Counted from the first letter of the stretch, positions 8,154 to 19,800 are shown. The stretch is DNA of 35,287 nt from an uncultured bacterium (GCA_964619725.1 CAZUFC010000092.1:1-35287); one strand, 5' to 3'. Notes: generated from the letters alone by a model not told the origin. Made by a program: numbers and translations.

Positions 8154-9746
8154 TCATAGCCCGGCGGATTTCAGATTCTCCAGGTCATATATTTTTATCA
8201 GGTTGAGATAGGGGTCTCGTTTTTTGAGATACTCAACGTCATCCGGGAGGTGATTCTCGTAGAGAATGGAGAAAAAATCCACGTATGGATTCTGAATGAC
8301 TTTAACCGGCAGGGCATTGGCGTCGATCAGTCTTGTTGATTTGTGGTCCCAGACGTATTTTTGCCAGTCCATCATGAGGTACCTGATATTTTCGGCGTCA
8401 GCCAGCTTTAAAACCTGTTTTAATTCGGGCGGCGGATAAATAGCGTTTCCGCTTCCCATGTATAGGGCCATAATCGGTTTCATTGTGGTCATTACCCTGG
8501 TCTGGTTTTCTTTTTTCAGAAATTCTGCGCATTGGCGGTAACCTGATTCCAGGTTCAATATTTGAATCATCCTTCCTGCTGAAGCTAATGGAATCGAAAT
8601 CAGAATCGCCAGGGATAGAATAACGGGCCAGGGCTTTTTTATTTTCATCTTTAACAACGAAGAGGCAAAAACAGCGCAAGCCAAAGCTGCGAAAGGGGAT
8701 ATGATCGTTATTGTCCTGGCGAGCCGGGTGCTTAGTATCGAAAAAAATGCCAGAGGGGCCAGGATTGACGTCAGAATGATCAGCGAACTTGTATTTTTTA
8801 TTTTTTTGATCAGTATGAGCATCCCCCCGGCCAAAGCCGTCATAAATACCGGACCGTTAAATCGATACAAAATGTTCAGATAGAAGAAGGGATGCTGAAA
8901 GTTAAAACCGGCCTCCCGGTCCATTTTCTGAAAAAACAGCGGCAGATAATGAGGAGAAGCGAATTTGACGTAATGGGGAGAAAAAAGGATGTAGTAAAAA
9001 GCATCCAGAATAAGCAGCGATAAAATAAAACCCACTCCGAAACAAATGATAACGGCGGCATTTTTTTTCAGACCTCCCCAACTGCGATCACTCATGACCT
9101 CCTTGAAGATGACGACGGCAACCAGGGCCAGGGGAAAAGGCAAAACGCGATAGGAGCAGCCTATAGTCCATCCGAAAAAGAGGCCGGCGACTATTACTCT
9201 TGAAGGCTTCAGTCCGCCTGTTGCTGCATGAGCCAGCAGAAAGGCTGAGAGAATAAAGAAAAATTCTGCGGCGATTTCGTGCAGCCCGGTCCTGGCGTAA
9301 AACAGGTGATAATTGGAAAACCATAGAATAAAAGCGGCGGCAGCTCCTGTAAACCGGTCGTAAAAGCGTTTTCCCCAGAAATAGAGCATGAATCCTGCGG
9401 CCAGCGAAAAGAGCAATGAAGCGATATGCCCGGAATTTTCCATCTTACCCGTCAGTTTTTGAACGACAGACAGGGCCAAGACGAATCCGGGCTTCCCCAG
9501 CATGACGGGTAAACCTTCAAATTGCGCGGGATCGGCGCATGGAGTCTGCCCGATAGTTTCACAGAACCATTGAGGCAACCGCCACGAAACGAATCGAGCG
9601 CCCATGATGAATAATCCCTCATCCCAGAAAAACAGCCCTTTACCGGTGATGTTGTAAGACCAGAGAAAGATGTGAGCGACACAGGCGATGATCAGTATGA
9701 ACCGCGCTATTGCATCGTTTTTATTCTGAAAAAAGGATTTTTCCAT
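8154..9746 (-). CDS. GT-C membrane glycosyltransferase (ArnT/PMT_2, GT39/GT83-like)
   Basis: First TM helix followed by FWDE (acidic motif), then KPG, many TM helices and YARTGLHE. The probable start MEKSFF at 9746 overlaps the 3' end of the dnaE-like gene by 26 nt. Confidence 0.87.
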   Translation of the reverse strand: MEKSFFQNKNDAIARFILIIACVAHIFLWSYNITGKGLFFWDEGLFIMGARFVSWRLPQWFCETIGQTPCADPAQFEGLPVMLGKPGFVLALSVVQKLTGKMENSGHIASLLFSLAAGFMLYFWGKRFYDRFTGAAAAFILWFSNYHLFYARTGLHEIAAEFFFILSAFLLAHAATGGLKPSRVIVAGLFFGWTIGCSYRVLPFPLALVAVVIFKEVMSDRSWGGLKKNAAVIICFGVGFILSLLILDAFYYILFSPHYVKFASPHYLPLFFQKMDREAGFNFQHPFFYLNILYRFNGPVFMTALAGGMLILIKKIKNTSSLIILTSILAPLAFFSILSTRLARTITIISPFAALACAVFASSLLKMKIKKPWPVILSLAILISIPLASAGRMIQILNLESGYRQCAEFLKKENQTRVMTTMKPIMALYMGSGNAIYPPPELKQVLKLADAENIRYLMMDWQKYVWDHKSTRLIDANALPVKVIQNPYVDFFSILYENHLPDDVEYLKKRDPYLNLIKIYDLENLKSAGL

Positions 9747-12171
9747 CGTTGATATGGGTCGCGCCTTCGGCTTCCGGATTACCCTCAAACTTTATCCGGT
9801 TAATTTCCAGATACTGCCTCAGGTAATTCTTCAAAACCTTTTTGCGATTTTCAGGGGTAATTTTAGTGATTTCCTGTTTGAGCGCCGCGCAGGTTTCGAG
9901 GGGATGCCTGACAGAGAGAGAGGCCAGCCGGCAAGTAAGTTTCGCTTTTGCCAGATAATGAGCTTCTGAGAGTAAAAACGGAATCATAACGATCAACATC
10001 GAGAGCAATTTTGCGGCAGTATCGTTTTGAATATTTTTCGTTGCGCATCTTTTCAGGAAAATCGTCCGCAGACGGTTACGCAAGTCCGCATCTTTAGCAG
10101 TCTCTTTCATGTATAAAGCGGCATGAGCGGCGTCCCAATTCATTATTTTCATTAATATTCGTTGCACCTGTTCCCGAAAGATAAAAACGTCGTCAGTATA
10201 TTGAATGATGTTTTTGAACCAGGCGGGCATTTCATTGGTTAATTCCGAGAAACGCTTTGGAGCGAGAGGCAATTTGGAGACCGGATCAATATCGTTTAAG
10301 GCCTCGGCATAAGCCACTCTTTTTAAATCCAGGGTTTCGGACTTGTGCAGGGGCATAGTTTGTGACTCATCCAGGTGTAAAAGTTCCCAGGCGTATTTTC
10401 GAGTCAAGGCTTCCAGGTTCTGTGAATCATTTTCCGGTGTCCGTTTAAAGGAGAATCCCGGTTGTTTGTTTCTTATTTTAGTTACGATATTTTCCAGAAG
10501 GTCCATCTGCGCAGGCGTATATATGTTGAAACCCAGGAAGCCGATGGATTTCAGGTCCTTAAAAGTCCAACCGGCAGCAGTGCGTCCATCATGTGCAGAA
10601 GAGAGCGGCAATGTTTTCTCCATGTATCGAGGCAGCACGATAAGCCCCGTTTCATCATGAATTATTTTCGTCGGAAGGTTCTCGAGTTTTCGAGCATTCC
10701 TCAGGGCCCGCCGGCTTTCTTCAGAGCTGTCGCTGATTTCCTTCAGAACATCGTTTTCTTCAAGCGCGGTTTCCAGAAAAGTGACGTCGGTATCCGGAAC
10801 AGCATCAAGCATTCTGGATTTCAATTCTTCACCGAACTCAGAATTTTGAAATGACAAGAGCAGGCATTCTCTTGTTTTTAATCTTTGAAAAGATGCAGAT
10901 TTGATCAATTTCTCCGTGGAATACAATAGCTTCAGCAACTCATGAAATTCTTTTCTTCCTTTGCGGCTCAGGACGAGAGGGATATCCGGCGAGGTCAGGT
11001 AGGGGACGTCGAGCTTGTTGATGAAATTCTCAAAGAAGAGGTCATTTTCAATCGGATTCACACCCGTCAAACCCAGGATATAAGCCATAAGACTTGAAGG
11101 ACAATCGCTGAATGAGGGACCTGCAACGACGCCTCGTTCTTCCAGGGCATCCATAATTTCTGAAACGATCAGGAAATATTCCGTACCGCCGGATTCTTCT
11201 ATCTGTTTCAACTCGTGCCGGCGTCTTGCGACGAATGCCGGGTCTTGTCCCATTTCATATTTTGAGGCTAACTCTTCAATTTTATTTTGAAGCATGCGGT
11301 AAGGTTTCGGCAGGCGCATAGCTTCTGTTCCCGGCCAGCATTTTTTATCGAATTCAAAAAAGTTGAGACATTTATCCGCTATTGTCTTCGAATATTTAAG
11401 GGCATCCTTAATATCGTTGAACGTTTCCTGCATTTCGCGGGAGCTTTTAAACCAGGCGTTTTTCCATGGGACAGGAGCGTTATCCGGATGCGATTCATGA
11501 GTTGAGTTTTCTGAAAGTATTTTAAAGGCTTCGCAGTCTTCCTGCATAAGGAAGCGGCAATTATTGGCGGCGACCAGGGGTATGCCGAGCTGCCGGGCGA
11601 AATCAGAAAGCACCGAGTTGATCCAGGATTCGGCGGGATGTCCTATGCGCTGCAGCTCAAAAAAGAAGAAATCTTCACCCATGATGTCCCGCATTTCCGA
11701 CACGACGCCGAATAATTCTTCGACTCTTTGCGAAATAATCATTCTGGAAACGACGCTGTTATGGCATCCTGACAGAGCGATCAAACCGTCGTGATTTTCC
11801 TGGAGCTGATTCACGCTGATGATGGGCAAATTCATTGAATTGGAGCAGTCGCCTTTTCCGAGGAGTGCGATGAGATTTCTGTATCCTGTGGGGTCAGCGG
11901 CCAGCACGGTCAAATGGAAAGGATTGTCGGCGACTTCCTTAAGATGGGGATAGCAGGAAACGTTAATGAGCAATTCGCAGCCCGGAATAGGCTTAATGGA
12001 ATGGTTGCGGGCTTCCCGTGCGAATTTGACCAGGCCGTTGACATTCGCCAGGTCCGTTACGGCGATGGCTTCCATGCCGAATTCATAAGCTCGGCGAATC
12101 AAATCGGGTATTCTGATGGTGGAATAACTGAAGCTGTATTCGGTATGAACATGCAAATGAACGAAATTCAA
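9721..12171 (-). CDS. dnaE: DNA polymerase III alpha (DnaE) homolog, truncated and predicted catalytically inactive
   Basis: N-terminal PHP domain (HLHVHTEYS, AVTD, KPIPGCE, HLTVLA) followed by palm/thumb/fingers-like regions (EYFLIV, SLMAYILGLT, FREQV). PDIDxDF reads PDIPLVL and KxDFLGL reads GFNIY. It ends at 816 aa with no HhH/OB/C-terminal domains. TTG start with GGAGG RBS. Confidence 0.88.
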   Translation of the reverse strand: MNFVHLHVHTEYSFSYSTIRIPDLIRRAYEFGMEAIAVTDLANVNGLVKFAREARNHSIKPIPGCELLINVSCYPHLKEVADNPFHLTVLAADPTGYRNLIALLGKGDCSNSMNLPIISVNQLQENHDGLIALSGCHNSVVSRMIISQRVEELFGVVSEMRDIMGEDFFFFELQRIGHPAESWINSVLSDFARQLGIPLVAANNCRFLMQEDCEAFKILSENSTHESHPDNAPVPWKNAWFKSSREMQETFNDIKDALKYSKTIADKCLNFFEFDKKCWPGTEAMRLPKPYRMLQNKIEELASKYEMGQDPAFVARRRHELKQIEESGGTEYFLIVSEIMDALEERGVVAGPSFSDCPSSLMAYILGLTGVNPIENDLFFENFINKLDVPYLTSPDIPLVLSRKGRKEFHELLKLLYSTEKLIKSASFQRLKTRECLLLSFQNSEFGEELKSRMLDAVPDTDVTFLETALEENDVLKEISDSSEESRRALRNARKLENLPTKIIHDETGLIVLPRYMEKTLPLSSAHDGRTAAGWTFKDLKSIGFLGFNIYTPAQMDLLENIVTKIRNKQPGFSFKRTPENDSQNLEALTRKYAWELLHLDESQTMPLHKSETLDLKRVAYAEALNDIDPVSKLPLAPKRFSELTNEMPAWFKNIIQYTDDVFIFREQVQRILMKIMNWDAAHAALYMKETAKDADLRNRLRTIFLKRCATKNIQNDTAAKLLSMLIVMIPFLLSEAHYLAKAKLTCRLASLSVRHPLETCAALKQEITKITPENRKKVLKNYLRQYLEINRIKFEGNPEAEGATHINDGKILFSE

Positions 12172-12211
12172 TAGAATCGCCTCCCATCAGCAAAGCCGTT
12201 ACGGCGGGGGT

Positions 12212-12240
12212 ATAGTACATAATTCAATCATTCTTGTCCA
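12212..12240 (-). promoter_or_regulatory. Putative sigma70 promoter of the dnaE-like/GT-C unit
   Basis: Minus strand TGGACA-17 nt-TACTAT, about 40 nt upstream of the start codon. Confidence 0.5.
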
Positions 12241-12491
12241 TAAACGGCACATTCTAATATTGTTCTGCGTCGAATAAATCGTTGTCGTCGTCATTCCCGC
12301 GGCGCAGAAGGGTCGGCGTGATCATTCTCCTTGTTGATATCCGGTTGCGATACCGTTACCGACCACGGTTGCCGAAAATGGCTTATCAAGCTGCGGAATT
12401 ACCCGGTCAACGAATAAGCCTCATGTCTTCTTCACAAATCATTATTCTATTTGTCTTTACAAAAAAAAACCATTTATGGAACAGAAATTCG

Positions 12492-12531
12492 AAAAAAAAA
12501 ACGGAGCCGACAGCGATCAGCTCCGTTTTTT
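12492..12531 (-). terminator. Rho-independent terminator after the C25 peptidase gene
   Basis: Stem acggagc/gctccgt flanked by A10 and T6 tracts, about 40 nt downstream of the stop at 12569. Confidence 0.8.
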
Positions 12532-12568
12532 ATTTTTCAGGACTGTCTTCAGACAGGGCGCTGAATGA

Positions 12569-15500
12569 TTAACGCCTGTAACGTCTCATAACGGGTATCC
12601 CCATCAGCAACGACAGGCATGCGACGAGCAGACCGGCGCCGAAACTTCCGACTGCAGGTACGGGCGGCAGCGGAGGAGTTGTGGTGGCGGTCGGCGTTCT
12701 CGAAGGTCTTATAGTAGCGGTTCTGGTCGCAGTGGGCGAATATGTCGCAGGAACATCCGTGGGCGTAGAAGTAAGCGTAAACGTCGGAGGGACTCCTGTG
12801 GGCGTTCGAGTGGGCGTATGCGTCGGCGGAACATCAGTAGCGGTTCGAGTGGGCGTATGCGTCGGCGGAACATTTGTGGCGGTTCGGGTGGGAGAATACG
12901 TAGGCGGGACGTCTGTCGGCGACATCGTGGGACTTCTTGTGGGCGTTCTGCTGGGCGGAACATCGGTAGGAGTATTCGTAGGAATATTCGTGGGCGAAAA
13001 TGTCGGTATTTGCGTCGGCGTGGAAGTGGGAGGAACAGGAGAGGGAGTATCAGTCGGTAAGGGGGTGAAGGTGGAAGTAGCTGTCGGCGTAGGTTCCTGC
13101 GAGGGGCAGAGGAAATCGAGCACGGCCTGCAATACAGCGTTTCCATTGGCTGCATCAGCGTTATAAATAGGAACCCAGTCGGTGGCGAAGAAGACGGTTC
13201 GCCAGGTTCCTCCGTCGGTGTCGATGTTTGTAGGCTGGTTATTGCCGTCGACAAAGGCCGCTGACACGGAATTTTCGACACTCGGCGACACCAGATCAGG
13301 ATACTCCGAAAAATCCGAAGGATATTGCAGTTCCAGTTGTCCGAAGCCGTCCCCAACAGGATCGCCCGCCTGTCCTTCCAGGGGAGATACGGCTTCATCG
13401 CCGCCGTACCCGCTCAATCCCAGGTAATTTTCTCCGAAATTCGTTATTCCCATATCGTAAAGATAATCCTGGCTGCTCAGGAAAAGCCGTCCGCCATTGT
13501 TCAGATACGTAGTCAAAGCGGCTTCGTCAGTCGAATTGGGTCCGGCCATGGGATCGTTCCATCCGAAGGCGTATTTATCACCGGAGAACCAGATAACCAC
13601 ATCATAGGGGGCCATTTGAGCCGCCGTAGGTCCGTCCTGCGAACCTGTTCCGACGTTAAAGATGTCGTAACCGTAGCCCAGGTCGTCCAAGGCTGCGGTG
13701 AAGTAGCCGCGCACTCCGGGATTATTGTTATCGTCGTCGACCAGGAGAATGGAGCAGTCATTCGGCAGGGGCGTAGGCGTCGGTGAAGGTGTGCCGGTGC
13801 TTGTCGGCGAGGTAGAAGTAGGCGAAGGCGTCGGCGGGGAAGTTCCGGTAGGCGATGTGCCCGTGGGAGTTGACGTCGGCGTAGTCGTTTCCGTAGGAGC
13901 CGTGCCCGTGGGAGTTGACGTCGGCGTAGTCGTCGGAACGTCAGTCGGCGTATTGGTCGGCAGTGAGGTATTGGTCGGCGTATTGGTCGGCAGGGGCGTG
14001 AAGGTCCTGGTAGGCGTATGGGTCGGAGTTAGCGTGGGACCTAAAGTCGGCGTACGGGTCGGAGTATACGTTAAAAGAGCAGTCGGAGTCCCGGTCGGCG
14101 TAGAGGTTAAAATGGCGGTAGGGGTTCGAGTCGGGGATTGAGTCGGAGTGCGCGTGGGCGTCCTGGTCCTGGTGAAAGTGGGCGGTACAGTGGGGGTTTT
14201 CGTAGGCGTGCGCGTCGGCGTTCTTGTAGCTGTCGGAGGCGGCGTATAATTGCAGTCGCCGTAAATTCTTACCAACTGATATCCGTTACGGGCTGAATTG
14301 CCGCTGGTTGTGAAGGTTCCCGCCCCTGCGACGTCGCCTTCATAATACAAGAGGTAATCGCCGCTTCCGTTCAGACCGACCGAAGCGCTGCCGGTCGGAA
14401 AATAAATGGCGGCCAGATCGCCGGGGTGCACCTGGATATTCAAAGTGTCCGGAAAATCATTCACGCCCGAACTCACATATACCTGTGAAGAGCCGCCCAC
14501 GTAGCTGTACTGATTGTTGCCCAGCGGACGGATGATCCTCAAGGCTATATAACCCGCATCGACTGCGCGGACCGTCCATCCCGTCAATGTTCCGTATTCG
14601 TTGACCGACCCGGTTCCGGAACCGTCGTCGTAATAGTAGGTGGTGTCGTCGTAACTATTGGTATCGTTATATGATTCGTAAGGGTTGAACCCGGCCCAGA
14701 TGCAGGGCGTGGGAGTGTAAGTCGGCGTAACTGTAGGCGTACTTGTAACGGTCGGCGTTCCCGTTCGGGTGGGCGTATAAGTGGGCGGTCCCTGCGTGGG
14801 AGTCGGCGTGGCGGTTCCCTGGATGCATTGCAGCCATAAGTCGGGGTTACCCCATAGGTTCCATTCGCACATTTCATACGTCACGTCGTCCCAGCCGTTG
14901 TTCTGGTATACGGTTTTCATGGCCAGTTGATGCGCCGCTCCCTGACTGTAATTTCCCGACGTCACGTTCGTCGTGAAATAATAATCCAGGGATTGACTGG
15001 AACCGTCTCCGGGATCGGACCATGCATGAGTCCCAAGCGCTACCTTAGTGGCGCCTACGAACCCTACGGCTCCCTGTTGCAGCATCCTCATACCGATATT
15101 CGTATAATCCGTATCCGAATTGCTGCAGGCATCAGCGAAAACAATGGCCGGATAATTGTCGTTCAAACTGCTGCAATCGGCCGAATCGATAAAACTGGGC
15201 GAACCGTTACCCAGGATGTGGCTGGCATGGTAAGACCCATGCCCCGCCCAGTTCACGAAAGCGAATGTCCCGTTCGACCACTGATTGACCACGTTGCTCC
15301 GCGTCAAGTTATAATCGCAATCATAAGAGGACCAGTAATCTGAATTTTTCTCGTACATCCTGGTCTTCGACCATTCGAACATATACCAGGGACTTACTTT
15401 CTCCTCCATTAAAACAGCATTATCCGTATCGGCCCAGAAATATGAACCCAGCAAAAGAATGTTCTTCTTGAATGAAGGATCATTGTTCATCTCATAAGCC

Positions 15501-16657
15501 TGGGACTTGGAGCAGATACTTTGCACTGTAGAAGAAGTACTCCAGGGAATGCGCCCCACATTAACCTCATAATAATAAGTCACGTTGTCGGAATCCTGCC
15601 CGAAATATCCGTTATTGTTGCTGTCCCACGACTGATTGTCAGGCTGGGATAATTCAGCGAAATAAAAATCCGTCCTGGGATTTCCGTAACCTAAATCCTG
15701 GTAAACTTCCCGCATAGGCACATCGCTGTGATGCCCCACGAAAAGCACATCCTCTATCCCCCATTCCGCAGAAGGATATTTATCCCTTAAAAAATTGCGC
15801 ATCTTCTGCGCCAGGTCCACGCCCGAATAATTCGAATTGATCCAGCTCGTCGTCACAACCTGTACGGTGTGTCCCTTGCTTGTCTCCCAGTTTACCAGCG
15901 TATCTACCGAAGAGGAGAGCGAACTCGTGGTTATAATCACGAAATCGTACAGTCCCTTGCGAGCCGGCGCTTCCGGATACATCTCTTTTGCCTGGTCGTA
16001 ATTCAGTATCAGTTCCGCAGCAATCTTCTCCATGCGGGGCGAATGATCGGAAAGAACAGCCGAATCGATTTTCTGCTCATTAATCGTATACTCGATTTTT
16101 ATAGTTATGTCCGTATGATGGATGAGTTTCCCGGATTGAGGCCTGTATTGAAAAGGAGTGATTCGCACGTCCGCCAGGTTGTAACGTCTGAATCCCGTCT
16201 GTATTAAGTATTCGCCGATCTCGGCCGGATACGCCTTATCCGTCCCGTAAACCTCCTTATAGTTCTCCTGGTACCTCCTGGTCTGCTTCGCTTCCTCCTC
16301 TTGATTGCGCACAGAAATAATCCCCACCTTCGGACAGGGCTTGATCTTAAACCGGCCTTCCAAAACTTCCGTTTTTCCCGATTCCGCCTTCACCGATTCG
16401 ATTGCAGCCCCCGGAGGTATCGCAACCGCAAATATCCTGGACGGCAACTTCGGTTCTCCCGGCTGATTGGTGAACCCGAAATCGTCTATCCTGACATTAT
16501 GAAATTCCGCTTTTTCCGTGATCGAATATTCAAAATCAGGCAAAGAAACCTCCATTACCTCGGCGCCGGCCTGAGACGCAAAAAAGAAAAAAGCTGCCGC
16601 AGTGATCGTAAACAATGTGCTGAAAAGTCTGTATCCTCTATTGTTATCGCATTTCAT
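12569..16657 (-). CDS. Secreted C25 (gingipain-like) cysteine peptidase with propeptide, Pro/Thr linkers, two accessory modules and C-terminal membrane sorting tail
   Basis: Signal peptide (..AGA/E), propeptide GEPKLP and ITPFQY, C25 core VLFVG, TDFYF, VGRIP, His in WAGHGS and Cys in ADACSN, WNLWGNP. Tail [16 protein letters not shown]. Start MKC at 16657 is supported by GGAGG; the ORF track starts at 16684. Confidence 0.9.
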   Translation of the reverse strand: MKCDNNRGYRLFSTLFTITAAAFFFFASQAGAEVMEVSLPDFEYSITEKAEFHNVRIDDFGFTNQPGEPKLPSRIFAVAIPPGAAIESVKAESGKTEVLEGRFKIKPCPKVGIISVRNQEEEAKQTRRYQENYKEVYGTDKAYPAEIGEYLIQTGFRRYNLADVRITPFQYRPQSGKLIHHTDITIKIEYTINEQKIDSAVLSDHSPRMEKIAAELILNYDQAKEMYPEAPARKGLYDFVIITTSSLSSSVDTLVNWETSKGHTVQVVTTSWINSNYSGVDLAQKMRNFLRDKYPSAEWGIEDVLFVGHHSDVPMREVYQDLGYGNPRTDFYFAELSQPDNQSWDSNNNGYFGQDSDNVTYYYEVNVGRIPWSTSSTVQSICSKSQAYEMNNDPSFKKNILLLGSYFWADTDNAVLMEEKVSPWYMFEWSKTRMYEKNSDYWSSYDCDYNLTRSNVVNQWSNGTFAFVNWAGHGSYHASHILGNGSPSFIDSADCSSLNDNYPAIVFADACSNSDTDYTNIGMRMLQQGAVGFVGATKVALGTHAWSDPGDGSSQSLDYYFTTNVTSGNYSQGAAHQLAMKTVYQNNGWDDVTYEMCEWNLWGNPDLWLQCIQGTATPTPTQGPPTYTPTRTGTPTVTSTPTVTPTYTPTPCIWAGFNPYESYNDTNSYDDTTYYYDDGSGTGSVNEYGTLTGWTVRAVDAGYIALRIIRPLGNNQYSYVGGSSQVYVSSGVNDFPDTLNIQVHPGDLAAIYFPTGSASVGLNGSGDYLLYYEGDVAGAGTFTTSGNSARNGYQLVRIYGDCNYTPPPTATRTPTRTPTKTPTVPPTFTRTRTPTRTPTQSPTRTPTAILTSTPTGTPTALLTYTPTRTPTLGPTLTPTHTPTRTFTPLPTNTPTNTSLPTNTPTDVPTTTPTSTPTGTAPTETTTPTSTPTGTSPTGTSPPTPSPTSTSPTSTGTPSPTPTPLPNDCSILLVDDDNNNPGVRGYFTAALDDLGYGYDIFNVGTGSQDGPTAAQMAPYDVVIWFSGDKYAFGWNDPMAGPNSTDEAALTTYLNNGGRLFLSSQDYLYDMGITNFGENYLGLSGYGGDEAVSPLEGQAGDPVGDGFGQLELQYPSDFSEYPDLVSPSVENSVSAAFVDGNNQPTNIDTDGGTWRTVFFATDWVPIYNADAANGNAVLQAVLDFLCPSQEPTPTATSTFTPLPTDTPSPVPPTSTPTQIPTFSPTNIPTNTPTDVPPSRTPTRSPTMSPTDVPPTYSPTRTATNVPPTHTPTRTATDVPPTHTPTRTPTGVPPTFTLTSTPTDVPATYSPTATRTATIRPSRTPTATTTPPLPPVPAVGSFGAGLLVACLSLLMGIPVMRRYRR

Positions 16658-16800
16658 CCCATAAAACCTCCCCGCTTGAGACAAGCGACATAAGAAACTA
16701 AAAAAAACAGGAATGATTAAACACTTAATTCATCATTCTCGCCATTACCGTTTTAATCCTATTTCAAAAAAAAATCAAAATCGCAGTTCAATTTATAAGC

Positions 16801-16836
16801 AAAAAAAAGCGGAGGAAAAAATCATTTCCTCCGCTT
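16801..16836 (-). terminator. Rho-independent terminator after the metallopeptidase gene
   Basis: Minus strand aagcggaggaaa-loop-tttcctccgc followed by T8, 11 nt past the stop codon. Confidence 0.85.
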
Positions 16837-16847
16837 ATTTATCTCCG

Positions 16848-19800
16848 TTATTGAGTTTTTTTACGCCGGATAAGCGGCGCGCCCAGCAGTAAGGAGAGGC
16901 CCAGGATGAGAACACCGAGCCCGAAAGTACCTGCTGCAGGAACCGGGGGAAGCGCATAGGTGGGTGAAGCAGTGGGAGTTCTTGACGGTCTTCTGGTTTC
17001 AGTAGGAGTAAGAGTTTCTGTTGGCGGAACGTTTGTAGGTGTTCTGGTGGGGGTATAGGAAGACGGTATGCCGGTCGGGGTCCTCGTGGGAGTTAATGAC
17101 GGCGGTACGGCGGTCGGGGTTCTCGTGGGAGTCAATGACGGCGGTATGCCGGTCGGGGTTCTCGTGGGAGTTAAAGTAGCGGTGTTTGTGGGAGACTCGG
17201 TGGGTATTTGCGTGGGAGTTCGTGTGGGTGAAGAAGTCGGAGGAACCGGTGAGGGCGTATTCGAGGGCGCCGTGGTAGGAGTGAAAGTAGGAGCGGGGGT
17301 CGGTTCCTGAGAAGGACAGAGGAAATCGAGTACAGATTGCAGCAAGGCTTCTCCATTAGCTGCATTAGCGTTGTAGATCGGAACCCAGTCAGTACCGAAG
17401 AATACTGTGCGCCAGTCGCCGCCGTCGGTATCGATGTTTGTCGACAGACCATTGCCGTCGACAAATGCGGACGACACGGTTTCATTTGAGCTGGGCGACA
17501 ATACATCCGGATATTCTGAAAAATCGGCCGGATAGCTGAGGGCCAATTCTCCGAATCCGTCTCCAACGGGATCGCCGGCCTGACCGTAAATCGGGGATAC
17601 TGCAGCATCGTTATCGAAACCGGTAAGACCGAGGTAATTTTCTCCGAAGCTTGTAATCCCCATATCGTAAAGGTAATCCTGGCTTGACAGGAAGAGCCTT
17701 CCGCCGTTGTTCAGGTATGTAGTGAGCGCTGCTTCATCAGTCGAATTCGGTCCTGCCCTGGGATCGCTCCATTGCGGGGCATATTTATCGCCTGAGAACC
17801 AGATGACCACGCTGTAAGGAGCCATCTGGGCCGCTGACGGACCGTCCTGGGAACCCAGTCCCACGGTGAAAACGTCATAAGAATATCCCAGGACGTCGAG
17901 AGCGTTGCTGAAGTATGTGCGTACGCCGGGATCATCATTGTCGTCGTCGACCAGCAGTATGGTGCATTCTCCCGGTAAAGGCGTCGGCGTGGGAGTGCCG
18001 GTATTGGTAGGTGAGGTGGAAGTGGGCGTGGGCGAGGGTGATTGAGTGCCTGTAGGTGATGTTCCCGTTGGGGTTGACGTTGGTGTCGTCGTTTCGGTAG
18101 GCGCTGTTCCTGTCGGACTTGCCGTGGGCGTATCCGTGGGAAGCCCGGTCGGCGTATCTGTCGGTATGGAGGTGTTTGTCGGCGTGTTTGTAGGTAAGGA
18201 AGTAAAAGTCCTGGTCGGCGTTCTCGTCGGCACTGACGTGGGCGTTCTTGTGGGACTCAGAGTCGGCGTTAGTGTCGGTCCTAGCGTAGGCGTTCGGGTG
18301 GGAGCGTTCGTCGGCGTTCGGGTCGGCGACAGAGTGAATGTAGCCGTTGGAACCAGGGTGGGAGTTCGGGTCGGCGTGTATGTTAAAAACAGGGTCGGCG
18401 TTCGGGTGGGAGTGCGCGTCGGAGTTCGAGTGGGCGTGAGAGTTCTCGTAGGCGTCAGTGTCGGCGTTCGGGTGGGAGTACGAGTCGGAATCAATGTCGG
18501 CGTGAAGGTGGGGACCAGAGTGGGAGTTTTTGTGGGCGTCCTCGTGGGGGTACGCGTCGCCGTGGGAGCAGGCGTATAGTTGCAATCGCCGTAAATTCTT
18601 ACCAGTTGATAGCCGTTACGGGACGAATTGCCGTCGGACGTGAAAGTCCCGACTTCCGCTACGTCGTTCTGATAATACATCAGATAATCGCCGCTGCCGT
18701 TTAAAGCGACCGAGGCGGTTCCTGTCGGGAAATAAATGGCCGCCAGATCGCCCGGATGTACCTGAATATTCAATGAATCAGGAAAATCGTTGATTCCTGA
18801 AGAGACATAAACCTGCGATGAACCGCCCACATAACTGTATTGGCCGCCGCCCATAGGACGGATTATTCTTAACGCGATATATCCTGCGTCAATCGCACGG
18901 ACCGTCCAGCCGGTCAATGTTCCATATTCGTTGACCGAACCCGTTCCCGAACCGTCGTCATAATAATATGTCGTGTCGTCGTATCGGTTTGAGTCGTTAT
19001 AAGACTGATAGGGGTCAAAACCGGCCCATATGCAGGGTGAAGGCGTGGGAGTCGGCGTTCTGGTGGGCGTTCCTGTTCTGGTGGGAGTATAAGTGGGCGG
19101 GCCCTGCGTGGGAGTGCGCGTAGGCGTGGACGTAGGACCTTCCGAAATGGTTATGGAAAGGCAATTGGATGCAGCGCTTCGACAATCCGAATCAGAACCG
19201 ACAGCCTGAACTATATAATAATACGTCGTTCCTATGGCGACTTCCGAGTCGGTCCAGTTTGTAGAAGAAGTTGTATCCATGGGTATCCAACCGAAACCGC
19301 ATCCGATGTCGTTCCGGAAAATTGCATAGTAAGAGGCATTGCTGGTCGGAGACCAGCTCAGGTATGCCGAACCTCCCGGGGATGAACCGCTGATTGACGG
19401 TGTGCCTATCGTCGGACATTGAGAATAACAACTCGGCGACAAGCCGCAGGCAATCCCGTGATTATTGAAATGCTGCCATAACCGGCAACCGTGAGGCGTA
19501 CCGTTGGAAAGATTGCCGTCATCGTCGTCGATTCCAAGTATTACATTGTAATAACTGTCGCTGTTGCATCCGTTGACGTTGGCCGACGGATTGCACTGAC
19601 CGCCTGAAACCACCTGGTATGCCGCATCCAGAGAATTTATTCCTGAATACCACATAAGATCGGCCCACAACCAGCCGCCGTTGTCGCCGATAACCCCTCG
19701 AACCGCCGCAATGGCATCCCACCACGCCTGGCTCGCTATCAGACTCTCGCAGTGTCCTTCATATCCCATAGGACCCATGTAACCGTAATAGGGACAACTC

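Noticed and set aside
9721-12171. imuA-imuB-dnaE2 mutagenesis cassette, or split-intein dnaE
   Set aside because: There are no imuA/imuB neighbours, the catalytic aspartates are missing, and the C-terminus has no intein N-terminal motif.
12282-12572. 96-aa ORF with RYRYR tract
   Set aside because: It derives from a degenerate hexamer-repeat remnant and runs through a terminator.
13093-19037. Diversity-generating retroelement TR/VR pair
   Set aside because: Both copies are in-frame protein domains, the differences appear mostly synonymous rather than adenine-specific, and no reverse transcriptase is present.
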